Part shown: positions 47,711 through 56,132 of the stretch, piece after piece
How the letters are laid out: each line of letters starts with the position of its first letter
How positions within the stretch are numbered: the stretch's first letter is position 1
From: an uncultured Verrucomicrobiae bacterium
GTDB lineage: Bacteria > Verrucomicrobiota > Verrucomicrobiia > Limisphaerales > DASXHY01
Direction of reading: 5' to 3'
Assembly (NCBI GenBank): GCA_963699145.1
Contig: OY969416.1
Coordinates: 986,226-1,050,225, forward strand
Length of the DNA stretch: 64,000 bases
Made by a program: the position numbers and the translations under genes
The notes under the pieces: generated by a model
What the model was told of the DNA's origin: nothing
The model's database searches: none
What the model saw: only the letters and a program-made list of their open reading frames with translations

Positions 47711-50700
47711 TCAGGATTCCAAAGCCCGCTCCACTTCTGCCGGCAACGGCAGCGCCGAAAGCAGCAGCGCCCGAAATTCCTCAAGCGACGGACGCGCGGG
47801 CACGACCAGACCCGTGCGAAAATCCGTCAGAGTTTTGTTCTCAGTAATGATTTGAAACACCGGGCCGTAATCTTCGGGTTCCGGCGCATCTTTCACTTCG
47901 GAAAGTTTTTTCGCTCGTTCGCGCGCTTCGGCTTCCGAGGCGATCGGCTCGACGGACACGAGCACAATGCCCACGCTGTTATCGCGGCGGACCAGCACGC
48001 AATGCGGTTCGGACGGGATCAATCGCTGAAGGTTCAAGCCCTTCACATAAAAAGCGTGGAGACGCATGTCGATTCCCTGCCGCAACTGCCTGAGAAAGGC
48101 TTCGTTCACGCTGGTTTCTCCGAAAACTCGCGTGACGGTCATTCCCCAAATCTGATTCAGGGCTTCGCTGTAACTGTGCGCGAGACCATGCGCAGTATGG
48201 ATGTCGTTCGCCACACTGGCGCGAACCGTCAGCATGGCCGAGCCGCCGCCCGGCGGTTTCGCGGCCATCGCTTCCAGCAACGCGGTCTCGCGCAAGCAAG
48301 CCATCAAGGGAGAATCCGGCACGTCGAGTGTCTCCTGCTCCAGTTCCGCGATGTTCTGGCGCAAGGTAATCGCCTCGATCTCACGGTCGAACCTCGGCGT
48401 GCCCGAAGCGAATTGGCGAATCAACAATTTCGTTGGCTTCGCCTTCGGCATTTTCGCCGCCGAAACCGGCCGCCTGGGCGTGGCGAGCGAGCGTTCCACC
48501 GCGCGAACCAGATGGTCCACCTTCTTAAGTTGTTCGCGGCAGAAGAAATAGCGCGCATGCTCCGGAGGGAGATTGGTCAGTTCGATTTTTCCCGCCGGCG
48601 CAGTGGATTCAATGTCGGCCTCGATTCGATCCAGCGCCGCAATAACCCCATCCAGCGCGCGCGAAGTCCATTTCGCCTGCTCGCCTGCCGAGCGTTTGGC
48701 AGCGGCCTTCCCGGTCCAGAGAACGGAGCGTTCCACCGGTCGCAACTCGCGGAGATTGACCGCAAAGGAATCGCCCTCCCGCGTAAAGCTGGCGAGCATC
48801 GGCACACCCGGCGGCAACGCGGCCAGCTTCTCGCCCAGCGGATGCGCCAACTCGCGCTCGACCACGCGCTTGAGGGCGCGCGCGCCCAGTTGCGGGTGAT
48901 GCCCCAACTGCACCAACCGCTCCATCGCGTCCTTCGAAATGTTCAACAGGCCATCGCGACGTTGCAACCCATCGCGCGTAAACATATCGCGCACGAGTTG
49001 CCACGCAATGCCTTCCAGGTGTTTGCGATCGAGCGTACGGAAAGGAATGATGCGATCGAGGCGATTGAAAAATTCCGGGCGAAAGAATTTCTCCGCCGCG
49101 CTCACGTAAATGGCATCCTCCGATTCCGCATTTGCGGAATCCACGCTGAAGCCGAGTCGGGAACTCGCTTCGCGGACGCCCAGGTTCGAGGTGAGCAAAA
49201 TGACCGATTGCGTGAAATCCGCCACGCGTCCGAGCGAGTCGGTCAGCCGCCCTTCATCGAGCACGGCCAGAAGCAGGTCAAAAACTTCCGGTGCGGCCTT
49301 TTCGATTTCGTCGAACAAAATCACGCTGAACGGCTGGCGGCGAATCGCGGCGGTGAGCAGGCCGTCCGGTTCGTCCGGGGTGCCCGTCAGGCGCGAGACG
49401 CGTTGGCCATCCACGTATTCGTTCATGTCGAACCGCAGCAAGCGCTCGCTGCTGCCGAAAAGATAGCGCGACAAGATTTTCGCCGCCTGTGTCTTGCCGA
49501 CGCCCGTCGGGCCGAGCATGAGAAAGGAAGCCAGTGGCCGCCGCGGATCGTTGAGTCGCGCCTTGAGCGTGAGCACGATGTCCGCGAACGCCTCGATCAC
49601 GTGCCCTTGCCCGACCAGTCCATGCCCCAAACTCTCGACGATCGATTTGCGCTCGAGCGATCTCCGCGGGTCGATCAACGCGATTTGCATCCCGCTTTCG
49701 GATTGAAATTCGGCGAGCGCAAACCCCCGTGTGATTTCGGCGTTGCGCAAGGGCGCGAGGCGAACCGCCAGCCGCCGCAAAAATCCGGCAGCTTTCCCGG
49801 GAAACGCGGCGTCATTGGAATAGCGGCGATAAAGCTCGTAAGCAGCCGGCACGACTTCCAAATGAAAACGGCCGCCGTGCTCGTCCTCCAATTGGCGGCT
49901 GACATCGACGAGGATGCGCAACGTTTCGGATTCGGACGGTTCGTGGACGGGAATCACGTGGAACAAATCGGCAAACGCGCGATCGCGCTCGCGCAGGACA
50001 CGCCAGGCTTCGGGCGTGATTTCCGCGATCACACGCACCGCGCGTTTTTCCAGCACCGGTTTCAGCACCTGCGCCACGTTCAAATCCGAAGCGCTGCTCC
50101 GGCCCGCGAGGAACAAGCCGAGCAGGTCGTCGAAATACAGCACGCGATCTTTCTTTTTGGCATGCTCGAGAATCGCCAGCACGCGGTTCTCCCACTGGCC
50201 CAGGTAACTCATGCCGCTGATCAGGCGCATGGGCGAGACCAGCCAGACCTCGCGGTTGCCTCCAAAGCGTTCCTTTTTCCACTCGCACATTCGCCAGACC
50301 AACTCGTGGAGAATCGCGGTTTTGCCAACCTTGCGCGGGCCCACCAACAGAATCGGCCGCCGATCAGAACTGGCCAGCAGGCGCGCAAGTTCCTCCACTT
50401 CATGTTCGCGGCCCAGCGCGCGTGCGAGATCGTCCGGATACATCGAATGCAGCGGCCGGCTGGTTTTGCGCAACTCCTGCTCGCCGTCCATTTTTTCCTC
50501 GCCGCCAAACAGCAGGGCGCGCATCGATTTTTTCCGCCGCTTCGCGTTGACGGCGGGATTCAGCGTGATGTCCAGCACGGTCAGCCGGGCTTTTCCCTGC
50601 AGGGCGTAATCGTCGAAATTGATTTCGCCCGCTTCACGCTCCAGCTCCCGGAAATGCCGTGTCAGCACCTCGGTGGCGCGGTCCGCCAACGATTGGCCGG

Positions 50701-51064
50701 CGCGCACTTCAAAACGAAGCTCCGGCAGCGTGGGCGTGAAGAATAATTTGCGCTCCAACGCCGAATAGCCGACGAAGAAAAACGTGCGCCGCTGCGAACC
50801 GGACGTGAGCTCCAGCCGCAGTTCCAAAGTCGTTTCTTCAAACCATGGATTGAGCGTCCATTCCGCCAGCGCGTCATGGCGCGGTTCCTCGCCGAGCGCG
50901 CGCAGCACTTCGAGCAGGTCATTGGAAAGTTTCGTCAACGCGCGGCTGAGCTTTTCCGCGCGTTGCACCGGTTCGGCGTGGAACAATGGCCGCGCAATAA
51001 AAGTCGGCGGCCGCGCCGGGCCCGACGAGCGCTCTTCCACAAAAATGGGAATCGAAAAAATCAT
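47711..51064 (-). CDS. ClpB-like double-AAA+ ATPase, paralog B (novel N-domain plus ~330-aa C-terminal extension)
   Basis: D1 has LLVGPRKVGKT, SGMSYLGQWENR and VLYFDDLLG. D2 has LMLGPTGVGKTQAAKIL, VILFDEIEKAAPEVFDLLLAVLDEGRLTD, LLTSNLG and GARALKRVVE, followed by an extra domain to residue 1117. Confidence 0.85.
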   Translation of the reverse strand: MIFSIPIFVEERSSGPARPPTFIARPLFHAEPVQRAEKLSRALTKLSNDLLEVLRALGEEPRHDALAEWTLNPWFEETTLELRLELTSGSQRRTFFFVGYSALERKLFFTPTLPELRFEVRAGQSLADRATEVLTRHFRELEREAGEINFDDYALQGKARLTVLDITLNPAVNAKRRKKSMRALLFGGEEKMDGEQELRKTSRPLHSMYPDDLARALGREHEVEELARLLASSDRRPILLVGPRKVGKTAILHELVWRMCEWKKERFGGNREVWLVSPMRLISGMSYLGQWENRVLAILEHAKKKDRVLYFDDLLGLFLAGRSSASDLNVAQVLKPVLEKRAVRVIAEITPEAWRVLRERDRAFADLFHVIPVHEPSESETLRILVDVSRQLEDEHGGRFHLEVVPAAYELYRRYSNDAAFPGKAAGFLRRLAVRLAPLRNAEITRGFALAEFQSESGMQIALIDPRRSLERKSIVESLGHGLVGQGHVIEAFADIVLTLKARLNDPRRPLASFLMLGPTGVGKTQAAKILSRYLFGSSERLLRFDMNEYVDGQRVSRLTGTPDEPDGLLTAAIRRQPFSVILFDEIEKAAPEVFDLLLAVLDEGRLTDSLGRVADFTQSVILLTSNLGVREASSRLGFSVDSANAESEDAIYVSAAEKFFRPEFFNRLDRIIPFRTLDRKHLEGIAWQLVRDMFTRDGLQRRDGLLNISKDAMERLVQLGHHPQLGARALKRVVERELAHPLGEKLAALPPGVPMLASFTREGDSFAVNLRELRPVERSVLWTGKAAAKRSAGEQAKWTSRALDGVIAALDRIEADIESTAPAGKIELTNLPPEHARYFFCREQLKKVDHLVRAVERSLATPRRPVSAAKMPKAKPTKLLIRQFASGTPRFDREIEAITLRQNIAELEQETLDVPDSPLMACLRETALLEAMAAKPPGGGSAMLTVRASVANDIHTAHGLAHSYSEALNQIWGMTVTRVFGETSVNEAFLRQLRQGIDMRLHAFYVKGLNLQRLIPSEPHCVLVRRDNSVGIVLVSVEPIASEAEARERAKKLSEVKDAPEPEDYGPVFQIITENKTLTDFRTGLVVPARPSLEEFRALLLSALPLPAEVERALES

Positions 51065-54000
51065 GCGATCATTGCGTCCATGATTTTTCTCAACCGCTCC
51101 TCGGTGACGGTGGCCACACAGCGGCTGAAGCCGAAACTGTTCCAGGGCTGTTCTCCGAGAACATTGTCGCGCAGCGTGTTCTTCTCGCAGTTGAACGTGC
51201 GGACAATCGGCGCGCCTCTCTCCTTGATGGCGCCCTGCCGTTCAATGCCCTTCGGCGGATCGTATTTCGCGAGCGGGGGTGTGGCGGTTTCGATCAGGCA
51301 TTGCCGCTCCTCCTGTTTTTCCTTCCTCACGTGCATTCCCGCCTCGCTCTGAAATCGCGGGAGAAACAAGTCGCCGCGCAAATGCATGACGATGCCGACG
51401 ACTTTTTCCGGCGGCGTCAGAAAAAACTGCTCCAGCTTTTTGGGTGTTTCACGCAGCGGCTTGCTATGAGCTGAGCGTGCGCCGGGCGGCGGCGTAAAAT
51501 ATTCGAGCGCCACCGCTTCACCCGCATCTTCGGCCAATTTCCAGTAAGCGAACGCAAATTCGAACAACGTCTCGCGATGCTCGCTGTAAAACGCGAGCAC
51601 GACGCCATCCGGATGCTCGAATTGAGCGCGGAAAATCTCGCGCATCAAGCCGCGCCGCTTTTGTGCCAACGCATCCAGTTTCGGCAGAAAAATATTTTCA
51701 TCAAGCTGCTCGCGCGAATAAAGAATTCCCAGCGCTTCCGTTTCCAAACCGCGCGCCTGCTCGGCAGCCGTCGTCAGTGCTTTCACGCACTCACGCAGTT
51801 TCGGCAGACGGGACAAGCGCTCCAGCATCGCCGGATTTTTCCATTTCGTTGCAATCAGGCGGCGCTCCAGTGATTCCAGCAAGGCGACTTCGTCCTCGAT
51901 TTTGCTGGTGGCCGCGCAACGCTGCAGGCGGCCAACCGTTCGGCGCTCGTTGACAATGGAATCGGCCAGTTCGTTCGTTTGCTGGGCCGCCGCAGTGCGA
52001 GCGCTCGTCTTGCGGTGCTCATCGCGCGCGTGGACATTTACTTTGATGCGGCCTTCCGCCATTCCGATGTCGACCGCTAGCAACGTCTCCGCCTGGTAGG
52101 CGCTCAACGCGTCGGCGAGTGGGACGAGCAATTCGCGCTCGAGCGCGCGCTTGAGCGGGCGCGCCCCGTAGCGCTCGTCGTAGCCGCGCCTGGCCAGATG
52201 CTTGGCCACTTCCGGGCGGATGACGCATTCGATGGGCCGCAGCCGGAGACCATCGCGCCGTTGAATCAGTTCAAGATGACGCTGCGCAATCGCGAGAATC
52301 ACGTCCTGGGTGAGGCCGTTGAACGGAACAATGGCGTCGAGGCGATTGAAAATTTCCGGTCGCAAAAATTTCCTTACTGCGGAGGTGAAATGCTCGCGAA
52401 TTTCCGACGCTTGCCGGCTCTCGCGGAACCCCGCCGGCCCGCGTTGAAAATCCTTCGCGCCCAGGTTGGAGGTCATCACGATCACGCAATTGCAAAAATC
52501 CGCCACGCGCCCGGCGGCATCGGTCAACCGGCCATCGCCCAGTACTTGCAGGAGCAAATCAAAAAAGGCGGGATCGGCTTTTTCAAATTCGTCGAGCAGC
52601 AATACGCTAAACGGTTGTTCGCGAACGCGCGCGGTCAGCAGACCTTCCGTGGTTCCGACCGCCGGGCCGCCGATGAGCCGTTGAATCGAAACCGGATCGC
52701 TGAACTCATTGAGATCGAAACGCGCCAGACGCGCGGCATCGCCAAACAAAAACTCCGCGAGCGCCTTCGCCAATTCCGTTTTTCCCGTGCCCGTCGGCCC
52801 GATGAAAAGGAACGACGCCAGCGGTTTGCCGGGCCGCGCGAGGCGGGCTTTGATCATCGCCAACAAATCGAGAACGCGATCCAGCGCTTCGGGCTGGCCA
52901 ATGACTCTTCCCGCAAACCATTTTCGTGTTTCCTCCAAATTCAAAGGAACCCGGTCGTCGAGCAGCATCAGCGGCAAACCGGTTTCGCGGGAAAAACCGG
53001 CGGTGACGCCGGCTTCCGTGATGATTTTTTCCGGAAATTGATCCGCGAGCAAATTCTTCAGGAAGCGCAACGGCCGGCCCGGGTTGGCGGAATAGGTCGC
53101 GTAACGCAGGTGAAGGCGATGCAGGAGATCCAGCGCGGCGGCGGCGGAATCCGCGTCCGTGGAAGCCTTCCCGGCGCTGCTATCAAAAACCTGGCCGAGA
53201 ATCACGCGCGTTTGCTCCGGCGTGCGTTGCGGCAGGGAGATCTGCTGGAACGCAGACAGCAAATGCGGTTCGTCGCGTTCGATGGCGCCGAGTTGCTCCG
53301 GCGTGCATTCGGCGATGGCAATCACCTCGCGCCGCGCCAGCCACGGACGCAGAAAACTGCCCACGCTCTGCTGGCCGCGCGACGCTTTGCCGACGTTCAG
53401 CAACTCATCGAGATTACCCAGGTGCAGCACGGCGTTCAGCTTCGCGATTTCGCGGCAAACCTGCTGGCAACGCTCCTGCCACATTCCGAATCCAATCGGC
53501 CCGCTCATCAGGCGCGCGCCGGTCGTCGACCAAAACGGCGTCTGGCCGAGAGCGAAATCTTTGCGACGGCGCGCCAATTCGCGCACGAGCGAAGTCTTGC
53601 CGCAACCCGGCGGCCCCACCAGCAGCACGCTTTGCCGATGCGGCCCGTTCAGCGCCTGCGCCAGGATTTCCAACTCGGAATCCATGCCAAACGCCGCTTG
53701 CGGGATGGACCGCGATTCAATTTTCGGACTGGCTTGATTTTCACCGGCGACTGAAGGGCGGCTGATGGTTGGCGACAGTTCCTCCGCCATCTTGTCGAGA
53801 ATCGATTGCTTTTCCGGCTCTTGTCCTCCCGAGGTGGCAACCTGCTTCGGCGTTTTGCGATTGGCGTTGACTTCGATGCGATCGAGCGCGAGCCCCTGGA
53901 CGCGGGATAATTGCGCCAGCTGCACCAGGTTCAACTGCTTTTGCCGCCCGGCGAGCACGATGCGGACATGCTCCGCGACGCGCTCGGGAATTAGATTGGC

Positions 54001-54372
54001 GCGCGTGGCGAAAACATGAATGCGCAGCGCCGGCACAAACGCGTGGTGCAAATTCTCCTCGATCCAGCGCGCGAAATGCACGCGCACCGTGACCGGCTCC
54101 TGCCAATCCGGCGTGCGTTTCGGCGGTTCGAAAACAATGTCGGTGGAATCGAGTTCCACTTCCGCCACCAGTCGCCGGCGATGCAGCGAAATCGCGGGAC
54201 TCAGGTCAGAATCTTCCAGGATGGCCTTGGCCTTGGCGCCGAGAGCCAACCGTCGCTTGCGTTCCGTCTCGGCCAGCGCGGAGATTTCCGGAAAGCCGAG
54301 CGCCTCCGCCAACTCAACATTTTCTGCGAGCGAACGGGTGAGCGTGAAAAGCTGAAACACCTCGTTGGACAT
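51061..54372 (-). CDS. ClpB-like double-AAA+ ATPase, paralog C (novel N-domain plus ~340-aa C-terminal extension)
   Basis: D1 has LLVGPPGCGKTS and VLHLGNLDELL. D2 has LFIGPTGTGKTELAKALA, VLLLDEFEKADPAFFDLLLQVLGDGRLTD, VMTSNLG and GARPLKRALE. Its stop overlaps the start of paralog B (ATGA at 51061-51064). Confidence 0.85.
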   Translation of the reverse strand: MSNEVFQLFTLTRSLAENVELAEALGFPEISALAETERKRRLALGAKAKAILEDSDLSPAISLHRRRLVAEVELDSTDIVFEPPKRTPDWQEPVTVRVHFARWIEENLHHAFVPALRIHVFATRANLIPERVAEHVRIVLAGRQKQLNLVQLAQLSRVQGLALDRIEVNANRKTPKQVATSGGQEPEKQSILDKMAEELSPTISRPSVAGENQASPKIESRSIPQAAFGMDSELEILAQALNGPHRQSVLLVGPPGCGKTSLVRELARRRKDFALGQTPFWSTTGARLMSGPIGFGMWQERCQQVCREIAKLNAVLHLGNLDELLNVGKASRGQQSVGSFLRPWLARREVIAIAECTPEQLGAIERDEPHLLSAFQQISLPQRTPEQTRVILGQVFDSSAGKASTDADSAAAALDLLHRLHLRYATYSANPGRPLRFLKNLLADQFPEKIITEAGVTAGFSRETGLPLMLLDDRVPLNLEETRKWFAGRVIGQPEALDRVLDLLAMIKARLARPGKPLASFLFIGPTGTGKTELAKALAEFLFGDAARLARFDLNEFSDPVSIQRLIGGPAVGTTEGLLTARVREQPFSVLLLDEFEKADPAFFDLLLQVLGDGRLTDAAGRVADFCNCVIVMTSNLGAKDFQRGPAGFRESRQASEIREHFTSAVRKFLRPEIFNRLDAIVPFNGLTQDVILAIAQRHLELIQRRDGLRLRPIECVIRPEVAKHLARRGYDERYGARPLKRALERELLVPLADALSAYQAETLLAVDIGMAEGRIKVNVHARDEHRKTSARTAAAQQTNELADSIVNERRTVGRLQRCAATSKIEDEVALLESLERRLIATKWKNPAMLERLSRLPKLRECVKALTTAAEQARGLETEALGILYSREQLDENIFLPKLDALAQKRRGLMREIFRAQFEHPDGVVLAFYSEHRETLFEFAFAYWKLAEDAGEAVALEYFTPPPGARSAHSKPLRETPKKLEQFFLTPPEKVVGIVMHLRGDLFLPRFQSEAGMHVRKEKQEERQCLIETATPPLAKYDPPKGIERQGAIKERGAPIVRTFNCEKNTLRDNVLGEQPWNSFGFSRCVATVTEERLRKIMDAMIA

Positions 54373-54451
54373 GTCTCTTGATTCGCCAAAGTCTAACCAT
54401 CGGTATTACACTTGAGTCAAACCCTGATTTAAACTCAACTCGAAGCCAGCC

Positions 54452-55999
54452 ATGCGATACATCCTGTCTCTCGATGCGGGAACCACCAGCGTGCGCGCCA
54501 TTATTTTCGACCGCGAAGGCCGCGTCCGGTCCGTGGCGCAAAAAGAAATTCGCCAGATTTATCCGCAACCGGGCTGGGTCGAGCAGGACCCGCAGGAAAT
54601 CTGGTCCTCGCAAATCAGCGTTGCGGTGGAAGCGCTCGGCCGCGCTCGCGTCAAACCGGGCGACGTTTCCGCGCTCGGCATCACCAACCAGCGCGAAACC
54701 ACCGTCATCTGGGATCGCAAGACGGGAGAACCGGTCTACAACGCCATCGTCTGGCAGGACCGGCGCACCGCGGGAGCGTGCGACCACCTCCGCGCCGCCG
54801 GTCACGAAAAAGAGATTCGAAAACGCACCGGTCTGCTGCTCGACGCCTATTTCTCCGCCACGAAAATCGCCTGGATCCTGGACCACGTGTCCGGCGTTCG
54901 CAAACGCGCCGAAGCCGGCGAATTGCTCTTCGGCACCATCGACACCTGGCTTGTTTGGAAAATGACCAGCCGCAATCCGGTGCACGTGACGGACCCGAGC
55001 AACGCCTCGCGCACGCTGCTCTACAACATTCACTCGGGCAAATGGGATGAAAAGATGCTGAAGCTGTTCCGCATCCCCGCGAGCCTGTTGCCCGAAGTCC
55101 GCAGTTCCAGCGAAGTCTACGGAGAAGTCAGCACGTCACTTGGTTTGCAAAAGCTCGTCATCGCCGGCATTGCGGGCGACCAGCAAGCGGCGCTCGTGGG
55201 CCAGATGTGCGTGCATCCCGGCCAGGCGAAGAACACCTACGGCACCGGCAGCTTCCTGCTGCAAAATCTCGGCACGAAAGCGATCACTTCGCGAAACCGT
55301 CTTTTGACGAGTGCGGCGGCTCAGTTGGGCGCTCATCGGCAGTTCGTGCTGGAAGGCAGCGTGTTCATTGCCGGCGCCGTCGTGCAATGGCTGCGCGATG
55401 GATTGAAGATCATCCGCTCCGCCGATGAAGTGAATCAGCTCGCGAATTCCGTCCCCAACAACGGCGGTGTGTATCTGGTCCCCGCGTTTGCCGGGTTGGG
55501 CGCGCCGCAATGGGATCCTTACGCGCGCGGAACCATCATTGGCATCACGCGGGATACTTCGGCGGCGCACATCGCGCGGGCCGCGCTGGAAGGAGTGGCG
55601 TATCAAGTCGCCGATTTGCTGGATGCCATGCATGCGGACACCGGCAAGCGTTTGAAAGAATTGCGCGTGGATGGCGGCGCGAGCCAAAGCGCGTTTCTCA
55701 TGCAATTCCAAGCGGACATTTTGCAAATACCGGTCGTGCGCCCCGCCGTGACCGAAACCACCGCCTTGGGCGCGGCCTATCTCGCGGGCCTGGCGGTTGG
55801 CTATTGGAAAAACATCGAGAACATCGCGAAGCAATGGCGGGTCGAGAAAGTTTTCGAACCGAAACTGCCGCGAGCGCAAGTAGACGAGTTGCGTTCGCGT
55901 TGGAACGCAGCGTTGTCGCGCGCGCGAGATTGGGAGCCGCATTCGTCCGTGGGGCTAACCCATTTAAAACGCGGTAAAAAGAAGCGGATTAGTCGCTGA
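54452..55999 (+). CDS. glpK: Glycerol kinase
   Basis: [23 protein letters not shown]...[13 protein letters not shown]...[11 protein letters not shown]...GDQQAAL.GQ...RVDGGAS is full-length GlpK colinearity. Confidence 0.93.
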   Translation: MRYILSLDAGTTSVRAIIFDREGRVRSVAQKEIRQIYPQPGWVEQDPQEIWSSQISVAVEALGRARVKPGDVSALGITNQRETTVIWDRKTGEPVYNAIVWQDRRTAGACDHLRAAGHEKEIRKRTGLLLDAYFSATKIAWILDHVSGVRKRAEAGELLFGTIDTWLVWKMTSRNPVHVTDPSNASRTLLYNIHSGKWDEKMLKLFRIPASLLPEVRSSSEVYGEVSTSLGLQKLVIAGIAGDQQAALVGQMCVHPGQAKNTYGTGSFLLQNLGTKAITSRNRLLTSAAAQLGAHRQFVLEGSVFIAGAVVQWLRDGLKIIRSADEVNQLANSVPNNGGVYLVPAFAGLGAPQWDPYARGTIIGITRDTSAAHIARAALEGVAYQVADLLDAMHADTGKRLKELRVDGGASQSAFLMQFQADILQIPVVRPAVTETTALGAAYLAGLAVGYWKNIENIAKQWRVEKVFEPKLPRAQVDELRSRWNAALSRARDWEPHSSVGLTHLKRGKKKRISR

Positions 56000-56017
56000 A
56001 AAGCGAGCAGAGGGACT

Positions 56018-56120
56018 GTTTCTCAAAAGAAATTTTCGAAAAGGTGGCGACATCCCTGCCGGGATGTCGTGGCAAACCCGCAGGTTTGCCCCACCTTTGC
56101 GAAGATTTCTTTTGAGAAAC
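56018..56120. repeat. 103-bp compound palindromic element, same family as 47607..47707 but in inverted orientation
   Basis: The outer arm gtttctcaaaagaaattttcgaaaaggtgg pairs with ccacctttgcgaagatttcttttgagaaac. The internal hairpins cgacatccc-tgcc-gggatgtcg and ggcaaaccc-gca-ggtttgcc are in swapped order relative to the 47.6-kb copy. Confidence 0.9.
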
Positions 56121-56132
56121 AAATAAAATCGA

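Noticed and set aside
47651-50746. 1031-aa plus-strand ORF. Similar long ORFs are 52198..53754 (+), 46694..47635 (+), 13316..14629 (-), 31866..33569 (-), 21654..23141 (-), 18577..19827 (-), 34812..35912 (-) and 1484..2311 (-).
   Set aside because: All lie antisense to genes with strong family motifs (AAA+, GT4, TPR, CysN, PrsK, FemAB). They have Arg/His/Gln/Pro-rich, motif-free translations typical of stop-poor shadow frames in GC-rich DNA.
53821-53829. GGQ tripeptide (TSGGQEPE) in AAA+ paralog C, considered as a release-factor catalytic motif
   Set aside because: It lies in a low-complexity linker between the N-domain and D1, not in the RF-like C-terminal extension. It lacks the surrounding SGxGGQHVN context, and a chance tripeptide is expected in a protein of this length.
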